A DNA stretch of 61,961 nt, filler included, from Deltaproteobacteria bacterium (lineage in GTDB: Bacteria > JAEEML01), in the NCBI GenBank assembly GCA_016283195.1. It is 5 parts of 5 records of this genome, joined end to end, with 100 filler letters (N's around TTAATTAATTAA, not from the genome) between each part and the next. Parts side by side here need not be neighbours in the genome. Positions count along the whole stretch, not along the records: positions 1 to 13,190 come from JAEEML010000012.1; 4 more parts are not named here. The stretch is one strand, 5' to 3'. Below are positions 1-11,200 of this stretch, one piece after another. Both the position numbers and the translations under genes were made by a program. Under the pieces are notes generated by a model. That model saw nothing but the letters and a program-made list of their open reading frames with translations, ran no database searches and was not told the origin of the DNA. Within the stretch, counting starts at the first letter, position 1; each line of letters opens with the position of its first letter.

Positions 1-248
1 AAGAAGAAGGTGGCCGCCACACTGCATTTGTGAGCAACTATCGCCCGCAATTCTTCTTCCAGACCACCGATGTTACCGGTACAGTAAAACTGCCCGATGG
101 CGTTGAGATGGTAATGCCTGGCGACCACGTGAAGATTACTGTTGAGCTTATTCACCAGGTAGCTATGCAAGAAGAGATGCGTTTCGCTATCCGCGAAGGC
201 GGTCGTACAGTTGGCGCCGGTGTTGTTACCGAAATTATTGATAAGTAA
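1..248 (+). CDS. tuf: Elongation factor Tu, C-terminal part (5' truncated by window edge)
   Basis: Frame reads [26 protein letters not shown]...[18 protein letters not shown]-Tu domain 3; lies upstream of rpmG-secE-nusG. Confidence 0.98.
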   Translation, partial: EEGGRHTAFVSNYRPQFFFQTTDVTGTVKLPDGVEMVMPGDHVKITVELIHQVAMQEEMRFAIREGGRTVGAGVVTEIIDK

Positions 249-266
249 TTTGGATAGGATTTAGCT

Positions 267-422
267 ATGCGTGACCTTATTGCTCTTGAATGTACTGAAT
301 GCAAGCGCCGTAATTATACGACCAGCAAAAATAAAAAGAGAACTCCAGATAAATTGAAGTTCATGAAGTATTGTCCTCATGATCGGAAACACACCGAGCA
401 CAAAGAGACAAAGATTAAGTAA
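267..422 (+). CDS. rpmG: 50S ribosomal protein L33 (51 aa; absent from ORF track)
   Basis: Manual translation [51 protein letters not shown]; canonical position. Confidence 0.97.
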   Translation: MRDLIALECTECKRRNYTTSKNKKRTPDKLKFMKYCPHDRKHTEHKETKIK

Positions 423-434
423 GATTTTACCTGC

Positions 435-510
435 AGGCCAGTAGCGCAATTGGTAGCGCAGCGGTCTCCAAAACCGCGGGTTGGGGGTTCGAGTCCCTCC
501 TGGCCTGCCA
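435..510 (+). tRNA. tRNA-Trp (CCA)
   Basis: Cloverleaf: AGGCCAG/CTGGCCT acceptor, GCGGT-CTCCAAA-ACCGC anticodon arm, TTCGAGT T-loop, encoded CCA end. Confidence 0.97.
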
Positions 511-528
511 CTATTCCGAGAGTGGCCC

Positions 529-924
529 ATGCAATCACAGCGGCGTTTCGTAGCAATCGGACTGATTCTAGCATCCATACTTGTATTCATGGTTTTTGGC
601 CGTGGCTTTGAATGGTTCTGGAATTATATGTCCTGGGAAGATTTTCCGATTATTACCAGACAGTTCAGCTTGACAACCCTTTTGGCATCTGTTATTGGCT
701 TCGGTTCGGGTATATTCTGTTGGTTTAACAAAAAGATCAACGGATTGCTCTGTGAAGTTGTCGAAGAGGTGCGCAAGGTTGTCTGGCCCAGCAGAGAAGA
801 GACTGTGGCTGCCACTATTGTGGTTCTGGTAGCTATCTTTATTTTCGGGGCTTACCTTGGGGCTCTGGATGCCATTTTTACTTGGCTCACAAGCCTGCTT
901 ATGAGTACAAAAGGCGTAGCATAA
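529..924 (+). CDS. secE: Preprotein translocase subunit SecE (3-TM form)
   Basis: EVVEEVRKVVWPSREET motif plus C-terminal TM; ATG at 529 after the tRNA; synteny. Confidence 0.93.
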   Translation: MQSQRRFVAIGLILASILVFMVFGRGFEWFWNYMSWEDFPIITRQFSLTTLLASVIGFGSGIFCWFNKKINGLLCEVVEEVRKVVWPSREETVAATIVVLVAIFIFGAYLGALDAIFTWLTSLLMSTKGVA

Positions 925-965
925 TTATTGCTTGGTCTGATTAGAGAGTTAAGGTGACGGCGGAT

Positions 966-1514
966 ATGGCTGGCGAAAAGAAATGGTATGTGGTGCATAC
1001 CTATTCCGGTTTTGAGCAACGCGCTAAAGAATCGCTTGAAGAGCGCATTAAAAATGAAGGCCTTGGCGATTTGTTCGGCGAAATTCTGATCCCGACGGAA
1101 AATGTTGTTTCTGTCGGTAAAGACGGTGAGAAGAGAACCAGTAAACGCAAATTCTTCCCCAGCTATATTTTGGTGAATATGGAACTCACCCAAAAGACTT
1201 GGCATACAGTTAAAAATACTCCCAAAGTTACCGGTTTTGTCGGCGGTGGCAAGGATCCTATGTCGGTTCCGGCTATTACACCGGCCGAGGTGGCGCGTCT
1301 TACCAAACAAATTGATGAAGGCATTTCCACTCAAAAACCGCGTCTTGAATTTTCTTTGGGCGAGACTGTGCGTGTTACTCATGGGCCGTTCCAGAATTTC
1401 AATGGTGTTATTGACGATATTAAACCTGAAAAGGGCAAACTCAGAGTGCTCGTTTCCATCTTCGGGCGCGAGACTCCGGTTGAATTAGACTTTGTGCAAG
1501 TCGAGAAATTGTGA
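966..1514 (+). CDS. nusG: Transcription termination/antitermination factor NusG
   Basis: KWYVVHTYSGFE, FPSYILV, TPKVTGFVG, KOW motif GPFQNFNG, IFGRETPVEL. Confidence 0.98.
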   Translation: MAGEKKWYVVHTYSGFEQRAKESLEERIKNEGLGDLFGEILIPTENVVSVGKDGEKRTSKRKFFPSYILVNMELTQKTWHTVKNTPKVTGFVGGGKDPMSVPAITPAEVARLTKQIDEGISTQKPRLEFSLGETVRVTHGPFQNFNGVIDDIKPEKGKLRVLVSIFGRETPVELDFVQVEKL

Positions 1515-1523
1515 GGTTAGGTC

Positions 1524-1964
1524 ATGAAAAAAGTAGTGGGGCAGATTAAACTGCAACTGCCTGCCGGTAAGGCAAATCCTTCGCCGCCGGTAGGTCCGGC
1601 TTTGGGTCAGCACGGCGTTAATATTATGCAATTCTGCAAAGATTTTAACGCTAAAACACAGAGCCAAGCGGGGATGATTATCCCTGTCGTTATCACCGTT
1701 TATGCGGACCGTTCTTTCTCCTTTATTACTAAGACTCCGCCGGCGGCGGTGCTCCTTAAAAAGGCAGCAGGTCTTTCTACGGAGAAAAAACCCGGTTCAG
1801 GCTCAAAAGAGCCCAACAAAATCAAGGTTGCCAAGCTCGATAAGGCTAAAATCCGCGAGATAGCCGAAATCAAGATGCCTGATATCAATGCCAATGATAT
1901 CGATGCAGCCATGAAAATTATTGAAGGCACCGCCCGCAGTATGGGCATTGAAGTAAAGCAATAA
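1524..1964 (+). CDS. rplK: 50S ribosomal protein L11
   Basis: [32 protein letters not shown]. Confidence 0.99.
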   Translation: MKKVVGQIKLQLPAGKANPSPPVGPALGQHGVNIMQFCKDFNAKTQSQAGMIIPVVITVYADRSFSFITKTPPAAVLLKKAAGLSTEKKPGSGSKEPNKIKVAKLDKAKIREIAEIKMPDINANDIDAAMKIIEGTARSMGIEVKQ

Positions 1965-1971
1965 AAATTTC

Positions 1972-2020
1972 GTCGTCTGGTAGTAGAAGATTGGCCTCTT
2001 CGTAATAAAACTACCGCGAC
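1972..2020 (+). promoter_or_regulatory. Putative L1-binding autoregulatory hairpin in the rplK-rplA spacer
   Basis: GTCG..GGTAGT-AGAAGA-loop-TCTTC-GTAATAAA-ACTACC..CGAC stem with asymmetric internal loop just before the rplA RBS (GGAGG); resembles L1 leaders seen upstream of rplA. Confidence 0.55.
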
Positions 2021-2031
2021 CTGGAGGAACG

Positions 2032-2724
2032 ATGGCCAAACACAGTAAGCGCGTTCTGTCAAATAAAAATCTAATTGATAGAAGCCAAAAATTATCTTTC
2101 ATTGACGCTGCCAACAAGCTCAAAGAGGCTAAAAGCGCCAAATTTGATGAGACCGTAGAAATTGCTGTTCGCCTGGGTGTTGATCCCAAGCGCTCCGATC
2201 AAATGATTCGCGGCTCTGTTTTGCTCCCCAACGGTACCGGTAAAAAGGTGCGCGTTCTTGTTTTTGCTAAAGGCGAAAAAGAAAAAGAAGCGCTTGATGC
2301 CGGCGCCGATTTTGCTGGTAGCGATGAACTGATTGAGAAGATCAAGGGTGGATGGCTGGAATTTGACAAAGCTATCGCTACCCCCGATATGATGCGCGAT
2401 GTTGGTAAAATCGGCCGTATCCTGGGTACCCGTGGTCTCATGCCTAACCCCAAAGTTGGTACTGTTACTACTGAGATTGCCAAGGCTGTTTCCGAATCGA
2501 AATTGGGCCGGGTGGAATTCAGAGTTGATAAGGCTGCCAATTTGCATGTCATTATTGGTAAACTCAGCTTTGAAGCCGCCAAATTGCAAGAGAACTTTAA
2601 TGCCGTCATTGAGCAGCTTTTGAAATTAAAACCTGCTGCTTCTAAGGGTACATATATCAAGTCGGTGACCCTGACTTCTACAATGGGCCCCGGAATTAAA
2701 ATTGACTCGGCAAAGATTCAATAA
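2032..2724 (+). CDS. rplA: 50S ribosomal protein L1
   Basis: [38 protein letters not shown]. Confidence 0.99.
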   Translation: MAKHSKRVLSNKNLIDRSQKLSFIDAANKLKEAKSAKFDETVEIAVRLGVDPKRSDQMIRGSVLLPNGTGKKVRVLVFAKGEKEKEALDAGADFAGSDELIEKIKGGWLEFDKAIATPDMMRDVGKIGRILGTRGLMPNPKVGTVTTEIAKAVSESKLGRVEFRVDKAANLHVIIGKLSFEAAKLQENFNAVIEQLLKLKPAASKGTYIKSVTLTSTMGPGIKIDSAKIQ

Positions 2725-2759
2725 TGACTGCCGCAAGGCAAGTTTAAAGGAAGGCAGTT

Positions 2760-3284
2760 ATGAAAGTATCCGAAAAACAGAAAATTGTTGAAAATATTAA
2801 TGCGCTGTTGCAAAAGTCCAATTCGGTGGTTATCAGTGATTTCACCGGTATGACCGTGGAACTTACCGATATCTTGCGTAAAAAATTCCATGAATCCGGC
2901 GCTACCTATCAAGTTATTAAAAATACGCTTTTGAAGCGTGCGGTACAAGATAGCGATATGGCTAAGATCGATCCTTTCTGCAAAGGGCCGACCGCCGTTG
3001 CTATCGGTTATGAAGATCCGGCCGCTCCGGCCAGAATCTTCCGTGACTTTTTGAAGGATTACCCAGATAAGCTGAAGATCAAGGGCGGCTACCTCTCGGG
3101 CTCGGCCATTGATGTTGAGGGGGTTAAACGTTTGGCCAGTATGCCGACGTTTGCCGAACTTCGTGCGCAGCTGCTTGGGGTTATCTCTGCTCCTGCTCAG
3201 AAAGTGGCTGCACAAATTGCTGCCGCTTCGCAGCAGCTGGTTGGTGTTATTCAGGCTCATGTTGATGACGCCAAAGACAAATAA
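2760..3284 (+). CDS. rplJ: 50S ribosomal protein L10
   Basis: VIKNTLLKRA, GPTAVA, LASMP; synteny. Confidence 0.95.
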   Translation: MKVSEKQKIVENINALLQKSNSVVISDFTGMTVELTDILRKKFHESGATYQVIKNTLLKRAVQDSDMAKIDPFCKGPTAVAIGYEDPAAPARIFRDFLKDYPDKLKIKGGYLSGSAIDVEGVKRLASMPTFAELRAQLLGVISAPAQKVAAQIAAASQQLVGVIQAHVDDAKDK

Positions 3285-3377
3285 GAGAAAAATTTAAATA
3301 TTTTTCTTGACAAACATTTTTAAATTTATTAACAAGTGCCCCGTGCATTTGGGCACATAAAATGGAGATTTAAAGAA

Positions 3378-3764
3378 ATGGCTGATTTAGCTAAAATTGC
3401 TGAGGAACTTAGTGCTCTTACTATCATGGAAGCTGCCGACCTGGTTAAAATGCTCGAAGAAAAATGGGGCGTTAAAGCCGCTGCCGGTGGTGGCATGATG
3501 ATGATGGCTGCTGCTCCGGCTGCCGGTGCTGCCGCTGCTGAAGAGCCCACCTCTTTTAATGTTATTTTGACCGATGCCGGTGCTAACAAAATCAATGTTA
3601 TTAAAGAAGTCCGCGCTATCACCAATCTTGGCCTCAAAGAAGCCAAAGCTCTCGTTGATGGCGTCCCCGGTACCTTGAAAGAGGGCGTTGAGAAGGCCGA
3701 AGCTGAAGATATCAAAAAGAAAATCGAAGCCGCTGGTGGTAAAGTTGACATCAAAGGTGTGTGA
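3378..3764 (+). CDS. rplL: 50S ribosomal protein L7/L12
   Basis: RBS GGAG then ATG 3378; Ala-rich hinge; [20 protein letters not shown]. Confidence 0.98.
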   Translation: MADLAKIAEELSALTIMEAADLVKMLEEKWGVKAAAGGGMMMMAAAPAAGAAAAEEPTSFNVILTDAGANKINVIKEVRAITNLGLKEAKALVDGVPGTLKEGVEKAEAEDIKKKIEAAGGKVDIKGV

Positions 3765-3790
3765 TTAAGCCTTAAAAACCATTTAGATGT

Positions 3791-3825
3791 GCCGGGCTCC
3801 TTTGTGGAGCCCCGGCTATCTCTTT
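3791..3825 (+). terminator. Probable intrinsic terminator after rplL
   Basis: GCCGGGCTCC-TTTGT-GGAGCCCCGGC hairpin (one bulge) followed by TATCTCTTT. Confidence 0.6.
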
Positions 3826-3907
3826 ATCAAAGACTTAATATTTGTTGTTTTCATATGAAAATAAGGCTTGTTGTTAGGGCTAATATGATAACAAGCATTT
3901 GGCAGCC

Positions 3908-3978
3908 CAAGACGTAAAGACGTTAGCGTGGAAGTATAAGTGTAACTTCCGCGCTTTTTGCGTTTGTTTTTCGTCTTG
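3908..3978 (+). promoter_or_regulatory. Long hairpin / attenuator-like element in the rpoB leader
   Basis: AGCGTGGAAGT (3925-35) pairs with ACTTCCGCGCT (3945-55), followed by a T-run; outer stem CAAGACG/CGTCTTG. Confidence 0.5.
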
Positions 3979-4011
3979 TTACCCAGAACTTCCGGCCGGA
4001 GGGGGCAGCGC

Positions 4012-7000
4012 ATGGCTACTGTAATACAAGATAACTTTAACGTTAGAAAAACCTATTCCAAGATTAAGAGTCACGTTCAAATTCCTAACCTGATCGATAT
4101 CCAAAAGAAGTCTTATGAAGCTTTCTTGCAAATGGATGTTGCTCCGGAAAAACGGCAGAATGTGGGTCTGCAGGCTGTCTTTAAAGGTGTTTTCCCGATT
4201 AAAAACTACGATGAAACGGCCAGTCTTGATTTTGTAAAATACGATATTGATAAGCCTAAATATGATGTTGACGAATGTCGGCAGCGCGGTATGACTTATG
4301 CTGCGCCCATGAAAGTCACCATCAGGCTTATTATTTTTGATAAAGATGAAGTTACCGGCATGCCCACTGTGCATTCGGTAAAGGAGCAAGAAGTTTATTT
4401 TGGCGAAATCCCGCTGATGAACGAGCATGGTACATTTATTATCAATGGTACCGAGCGCGTCGTGGTTAGCCAGTTACATAGAAGTCCGGGCGTTTTCTTT
4501 ACCAGTGATCAGGGGAAAACTCACGCTCTGGGCAAAATTCTTTATAGCGCCAGAATTATTCCTTACCGCGGTAGTTGGCTTGATTTTGAATTCGATCACA
4601 AAGATCTTATTCATGTGCGTATTGATCGCCGCCGTAAATTGCCGGCTACTATATTGCTCAAGGCTCTCGGTTACACCGTGCAGCAGCTTTTGGATTTCTT
4701 CTACCAAAAAGAGACCATTAATATTGAGAACAAAGGTGTTATCTCCTTTAATCGCGATATTAATGAAGAGCTTTTAATAGGCCAACGTGTATCTGCCGAT
4801 GTTTTGGTAAATGGCGAAGTTATCGTTAAGAAAAATCGCAAATTTACTAAACTGGCTATTAAGAAATTGGCTGAGAAGGGCGTTACTGCCCTGCCTTTGG
4901 AACGCTCCGAAGTGATCGGTAAAACCGCTGCTACCGATATTATCGACCCGGCGACCGGTGAAATTCTTCTCGAATGTAACCAGATAATAGACGATAAAAC
5001 GCTCGATCGCATTATTGCTGCCAAGGTGGCCAAGATCGAGACGCTTTTTATTGATGATATAAATGTCGGCCCCTATATCAGAGATACTCTCAATGCCGAC
5101 AAAGTGGAAAATGAGCATGAGGCTATTTTGGAAATTTATCGCCGCATGCGTCCCGGTGAGCCGCCGACCGATGAAGAGGCGTTGCACCTTTTTGAAAACC
5201 TTTTCTTTAATCCCGAGCGCTATGACCTTAGCCGTGTCGGTCGTCTTAAACTTAATTATAAGTTTAATATTGATGAGCCTATCGACAATGTTGTTTTGAC
5301 TAAGCGCGATATTTTGGAAGTGGTTAAATATCTTATTGAGCTTAAAGAGGGGCGCGGCAGTGTCGATGATATCGATCACTTAGGCAACCGCCGTGTACGC
5401 GCTGTCGGCGAGCTTATTGAAAACCAATTCCGTATCGGCCTCGTGCGCATGGAACGCATTATTCGCGAGCGCATCAGCCTCATTGAAATTGAGACTAATA
5501 AGCTCCATGATCTCATTAATCCCAAGCCGGTTGGTGCAGTGATTAAAGAATTTTTCGGTAGCAGCCAGCTGAGCCAGTTTATGGATCAGAACAACCCGCT
5601 TTCCGAAATTACCCACAAGCGCCGCCTCTCTGCACTCGGCCCTGGTGGTCTTACCCGTGACCGCGCCGGTTTTGAAGTGCGCGATGTGCACCCGACACAC
5701 TATGGCCGTATTTGCCCGATTGAGACTCCTGAAGGTGCCAATATCGGTCTTATCGCTTCTCTTTCGGCTTATGCTCGTGTCAATGAATACGGTTTTGTGG
5801 AAACGCCGTATCACATTGTGGAAAATGAGTGCTGTACTGACAAATATGAGTTTTTGAATGCTCTCCAGGAGGAGAAGCACGTTATTGCTCAGGCCAACGC
5901 CCAACTTGATGAGCACGGCCATTTTGTCAATGAGCTGGTCTCGGCCCGTAAAAAAGGCGAATTTATTATGGCGCGTCGCGAGGATGTCACTCTTATGGAT
6001 GTCTCGCCGACACAGCTGGTTTCTGTAGCCGCTTCGCTTATTCCTTTCCTGGAGAACGACGATGCTAACCGTGCTCTTATGGGCTCCAACATGCAGCGTC
6101 AAGCTGTGCCGCTGCTCAAAAATGAGCGCCCGATTGTCGGTACCGGCATGGAAGGCACTGTGGCTCATGATTCCGGTGTTACCATTTTGGCTAAACGCGA
6201 CGGTATTGTGGAATCGGTTGATGCCACTCGTATTGTGGTTAAAGCCACTTCGGCCGATGATGAGACCGATGTAACCAATGAAGTCGATATTTACAATTTA
6301 ACCAAATTCATGCGCTCCAACCAATCGACTTGTATTAACCAAAAGCCGATTGTGCAAAAGGGCGATATTGTTCATGCCGGCGATGTGATTGCCGATGGCC
6401 CGGCTACCGATTGCGGTGAGCTCTCTCTCGGTAAAAATATCCGCGTGGCTTTCATGCCCTGGCAAGGTTACAACTACGAAGATTCTATTCTTTTAAGTGA
6501 AGAACTTTTAAGAAAAGATGCCTTCACCTCTATTCACATTGAGGAATTTGAGTGTATTGCCCGCGATACCAAGCTTGGTAAAGAGGAAATCACCCGCGAT
6601 ATTCCCAATGTCGGCGATGATGCACTTAGAAATCTCGATGAATCAGGTATTATCCGCATTGGTGCCGAAGTAGTATCCGGCGATATCCTGGTTGGTAAGA
6701 TTACCCCCAAGGGCGAAACCCAGCTCTCTCCTGAGGAGAAACTCCTCCGCGCCATCTTTGGTGAAAAGGCCGGCGATGTGCGCGATACTTCGCTCCGTGT
6801 GCCGCCGGGTGTCACTGGTATCATTATTGGCGCCAAAATCTTTGCCCGTAAAGGCGTAGAAAAAGACGAACGCGCTCAGCAGATTGAAGATGAGGAAGAG
6901 GCCCGCCTCTTGAAGGATCGCAATGATGAAATTAAAATTATTCGCGATTCCGTGAGAAATAAAATTCATCGCCTTTTGGACGGCCAAATAGCCGCCAATA

Positions 7001-8193
7001 AGCTGGTGGATGAAAAAGGGCGTCTTTTGCTCAAAAAAGGCCAGGAACTGACTCCTGAAGTGGTGGATACTATTTCCAACCGCTATTTACAGGAAATCAG
7101 CACCGGTAATGCCGATATTGATGAGCGCTTGCGCAAAGTTTTGAGCGCTATGAATAATCGCATTGAGCTTGTTAAACTGGTCTTTAACGAGCGCATTGCC
7201 CATATTAAGAAGGGCGATGACTTGCCTCCCGGCGTTATCAAGATGGTCAAAGTTTTTGTGGCCATTAAGCGCAAGCTCCAAGTCGGTGATAAGATGGCCG
7301 GTCGCCACGGTAATAAGGGTGTTGTTTCCCGTATTTTGCCGGTAGAAGATATGCCTTATCTTTCCGATGGTACACCGGTGCAGATGGTCTTGAATCCCTT
7401 GGGTGTGCCTTCGCGTATGAATATCGGGCAGATTCTGGAAGTTCACCTGGGCTGGGGTGCCAGCCAGTATGGTGATGTAATTCAGCGTTATCTCGATGAG
7501 CATTACGGCCCCGATGCCATGCGCAAAGAGCTGGTGAAAATTTATGGCGGTGATGAATCGCGCTCCGGTCGCCTTATTAAAGAGCTGGATGATGATAGCG
7601 TGATGGAGCTCTGTAGGCGCATTCAAAAAACCGGCCTGCATATTGCTACTCCGGTTTTCGATGGCGCTCATGAGAGCGATCTCAATGAGATGCTGAAAAT
7701 GACCGAAGTGCCGCCGCGGGCGCAGTCTATTGTCTTTGATGGGCGTACCGGTGAGCCGTTTGACCAGGATATTACCGTCGGCATTATGTATATGCTTAAA
7801 CTCCACCACCTGGTTGACGATAAGATCCACGCCAGAAGTATCGGACCTTACTCTCTGGTTACCCAGCAGCCTCTTGGCGGTAAAGCCCAGTTTGGTGGCC
7901 AGCGCCTCGGTGAAATGGAAGTCTGGGCTATTGAGGCTTATGGTGCCGCTTATTCACTCCAAGAATTTCTTACTGTTAAATCCGATGATGTCTCCGGCCG
8001 TACCCGTATGTACGAAGCCATTGTCAAAGGTGATAACAGCCTGGAAAGCGGTCTGCCGGAATCATTTAACGTGTTAGTAAAAGAAATGCAGTCTCTCTCA
8101 CTCAATGTGGAGCTCTTAAATGGCTCAGAGGAAGAAGAGAACGGCAAAGATAAAAGCGAAAAAACCCCTTCACTTGAAGCAGCGGCCAGCTGA
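4012..8193 (+). CDS. rpoB: DNA-directed RNA polymerase subunit beta
   Basis: [53 protein letters not shown] 4012 after GAGGGGG. Confidence 0.99.
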   Translation: MATVIQDNFNVRKTYSKIKSHVQIPNLIDIQKKSYEAFLQMDVAPEKRQNVGLQAVFKGVFPIKNYDETASLDFVKYDIDKPKYDVDECRQRGMTYAAPMKVTIRLIIFDKDEVTGMPTVHSVKEQEVYFGEIPLMNEHGTFIINGTERVVVSQLHRSPGVFFTSDQGKTHALGKILYSARIIPYRGSWLDFEFDHKDLIHVRIDRRRKLPATILLKALGYTVQQLLDFFYQKETINIENKGVISFNRDINEELLIGQRVSADVLVNGEVIVKKNRKFTKLAIKKLAEKGVTALPLERSEVIGKTAATDIIDPATGEILLECNQIIDDKTLDRIIAAKVAKIETLFIDDINVGPYIRDTLNADKVENEHEAILEIYRRMRPGEPPTDEEALHLFENLFFNPERYDLSRVGRLKLNYKFNIDEPIDNVVLTKRDILEVVKYLIELKEGRGSVDDIDHLGNRRVRAVGELIENQFRIGLVRMERIIRERISLIEIETNKLHDLINPKPVGAVIKEFFGSSQLSQFMDQNNPLSEITHKRRLSALGPGGLTRDRAGFEVRDVHPTHYGRICPIETPEGANIGLIASLSAYARVNEYGFVETPYHIVENECCTDKYEFLNALQEEKHVIAQANAQLDEHGHFVNELVSARKKGEFIMARREDVTLMDVSPTQLVSVAASLIPFLENDDANRALMGSNMQRQAVPLLKNERPIVGTGMEGTVAHDSGVTILAKRDGIVESVDATRIVVKATSADDETDVTNEVDIYNLTKFMRSNQSTCINQKPIVQKGDIVHAGDVIADGPATDCGELSLGKNIRVAFMPWQGYNYEDSILLSEELLRKDAFTSIHIEEFECIARDTKLGKEEITRDIPNVGDDALRNLDESGIIRIGAEVVSGDILVGKITPKGETQLSPEEKLLRAIFGEKAGDVRDTSLRVPPGVTGIIIGAKIFARKGVEKDERAQQIEDEEEARLLKDRNDEIKIIRDSVRNKIHRLLDGQIAANKLVDEKGRLLLKKGQELTPEVVDTISNRYLQEISTGNADIDERLRKVLSAMNNRIELVKLVFNERIAHIKKGDDLPPGVIKMVKVFVAIKRKLQVGDKMAGRHGNKGVVSRILPVEDMPYLSDGTPVQMVLNPLGVPSRMNIGQILEVHLGWGASQYGDVIQRYLDEHYGPDAMRKELVKIYGGDESRSGRLIKELDDDSVMELCRRIQKTGLHIATPVFDGAHESDLNEMLKMTEVPPRAQSIVFDGRTGEPFDQDITVGIMYMLKLHHLVDDKIHARSIGPYSLVTQQPLGGKAQFGGQRLGEMEVWAIEAYGAAYSLQEFLTVKSDDVSGRTRMYEAIVKGDNSLESGLPESFNVLVKEMQSLSLNVELLNGSEEEENGKDKSEKTPSLEAAAS

Positions 8194-8232
8194 GCTTTGA
8201 GTAAACTAGTCAGCCTAGTATAGGAGCAAAAC

Positions 8233-11200
8233 GTGAAGGATATATTATCAGTTTTTGATAAACCAAAAGAGGTAGAGAGGTTTTCTTCTATTCGCATCAG
8301 CTTGGCCAGCCCGGAGCAAATTCGCGCTTGGTCACACGGTGAAGTGAAAAAGCCCGAAACCATTAATTACCGCACCTTTAAGCCGGAAAAAGAGGGGCTT
8401 TTCTGTGCCAAAATTTTCGGCCCGGTGAAAGATTACGAATGTCTTTGCGGTAAATATAAACGCATGAAACATCGCGGTATTGTCTGCGAAAAGTGCGGTG
8501 TGGAAGTTATCCAGTCTAAAGTGCGCCGCGAGCGTATGGGCCATATTAATCTGGCTACGCCTGTAGCTCATATCTGGTTTTTAAAGAGTTTGCCCAGCCG
8601 TATCGGTTCCATGCTGGATCTTACACTTAAAGATCTGGAAAAGGTGCTCTACTGTGAGGCTTATATTGTGACCGAGCCCGGTGCTACCGGCTTTGCCCGC
8701 CATGAGATTATTTCGGAAGAAAAATATCGCAAAGCCTGCGAAGAATTCGGTGAAGAGAGCTTTGAAGCCGGCATGGGTGGTGAAGTTATTCGCGATCTTT
8801 TGAAAGAGATCGATGTGGAAGCACTAGCCACCGAGCTCCGTGAAAAGCTCCATGAATCTACTTCTGATGCCAACCGCAAAAAATGGGCCAAGCGCCTCAA
8901 AACGGTGGAAGGCTTCAGAGAGAGCCACAATAAACCGGAATGGATGATGCTGGAAGTTATCCCGGTTATTCCGCCGGATTTGCGTCCTCTGGTGCCTCTT
9001 GATGGCGGCCGCTTTGCCACTTCCGATTTGAATGATCTTTATCGCCGGGTTATTAACCGCAATAACCGCTTGCGCCGCTTGCAAGAGCTCAATGCTCCCG
9101 ATATCATCATCCGCAACGAAAAGCGTATGTTGCAGGAAGCCGTTGATGCGCTTTTTGATAACGGTCGCCGCGGTAAAGTGATTACCGGCCCCAATAAGCG
9201 TCCCTTAAAGTCGCTTTCCGACTTCCTTAAAGGTAAACAGGGCCGCTTCCGTCAGAACCTTTTAGGTAAGCGTGTTGATTATTCCGGCCGTTCCGTTATT
9301 GTTGTCGGCCCGGAACTGCGTCTCCACCAGTGCGGTCTCCCCAAACTCATGGCTCTCGAGCTCTTTAAGCCCTTCATTTACCAAAAGCTGGAAGAGCGCG
9401 GCTATGTCACCACCATCAAGAGTGCTAAAAATATGGTGGAAAAAGAGAAGACCGAGGTTTGGGATATTCTGGAAGATGTCATTCGCGAGCACCCGGTTAT
9501 GTTAAACCGCGCTCCGACGTTGCACCGCCTGGGTATTCAGGCTTTTGAGCCCAAGCTGATTGAAGGTAAAGCTATTCAGCTGCACCCCTTGGTTTGTACC
9601 GCTTTCAACGCCGATTTCGATGGTGACCAGATGGCTGTCCATGTGCCGCTCTCTATTGAAGCGCAATTGGAAGCCCGCGTCCTGATGATGTCCACCAACA
9701 ATATTCTCGGCCCGGCTAATGGGCGCCCGATTATCGTGCCTACTCAGGATATCGTTCTGGGCTGCTATTACATGACCCGCGAGCGTCCCTTTGTGAAGGG
9801 TGAGGGCATGATTTTCTCCAATATGCGCGCTGTGGAAGCTGCTTATGATCAAGGTGCTGTCGATTTGCACGCTAAGATCAAAGTGCGCCACGAGGGCAAA
9901 TTGGTTGATACCACTGTGGGCCGCTGTATTATTTACGGAGTAATGCCCGAAAAACTGCCCTTCTCGCTGGTTAACCGCAACATGGATAAAAAGGCCCTTA
10001 CCAACCTTTTTGATACCGCCTACCGTCTCACCGGTGAAAAAGATACGGTACTTTTGGCCGATGCTATTCGTACCACCGGTTATAATTACGCTACCAAAGC
10101 CGGTATTTCCATTTGCGTTTCCAATATGGAAATTCCTTCCCGCAAAGCGGCCATTATTAAAGATGCCCGCCGCCGGGTGCAGGAAATCGAAGATCAATAT
10201 GCCGAAGGTTTCATCACCGATGGTGAGCGTTACAACAAGGTTATTGATATTTGGGGCCGCGTGAGTGAGGAGCTCGAAGTAGTGCTGATGAAACAAATCG
10301 GTACCGATGAGCTTAAAGGCGAAAACGGCGAAGTAAAACAAGTGCCCAGCTTTAACCCCATCTACGTTATGGCTGACTCCGGTGCTCGTGGTTCTACTCA
10401 GCAGATTAAACAGCTGGCCGGTATGCGTGGACTTATGGTTAAGCCTTCCGGTGAAATTTTGGAGACGCCAATTACCTCCAACTTCCGTGAGGGGCTCTCC
10501 GTGCTCGAATACTTCATCTCTACCCACGGTGCTCGTAAAGGTCTCGCCGATACTGCTCTGAAAACGGATAACTCCGGATACCTTACCCGTCGTCTCGTCG
10601 ATGTTGCTCAGGATAACATTGTTACCGAGTATGATTGCGGCACTTTGGATGGTATTGAAATTTCTGCTTTGGTGGAATCCGGTGAAGTTATCGAGCCTTT
10701 GGGCGATCGTATTCTGGGGCGCGTAGCCTTGGAAGATATTGTTGATCCCAACACCGATGCCGTTATCGTGAAAGCCGGTGAAGAGATTGACGAAGCCAAA
10801 GTTGATGCAATTACCGCTACCTCTATTCGCTCGGTAAAGATCCGTTCGGTGCTCACTTGTCAGGCCAAGCGCGGTGTTTGTGTGGAATGTTATGGCCGTG
10901 ACCTCGCCAGAGGCCGCAAAGTTTCCATCGGTGAAGCGGTTGGCACCATGGCTGCTCAGTCCATCGGTGAGCCCGGTACTCAGCTTACTATGCGTACTTT
11001 CCACATCGGTGGTATCGCAGCCGGTAAAGCGGCGCAATCTTCTATTGAATCGCGTGATGGCGGTACAGTGCGCTTTGAAAACCTCCGCGTTGTGCGGAAG
11101 AGCGACGGCCAAATCGTGGCGATGAACCGCAACGGCGAAATTCTGGTTATGGATCAGGGGGGCCGCGAACGCGAGCGCTATGCTGTTAACTACGGTGCTT

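Noticed and set aside
481-528. N-terminal extension of the secE ORF
   Set aside because: Overlaps tRNA-Trp; the real start is probably ATG 529.
5551-5650. Rifampicin-resistance changes in RpoB cluster I
   Set aside because: The Q, D, H and S positions match the sensitive consensus.
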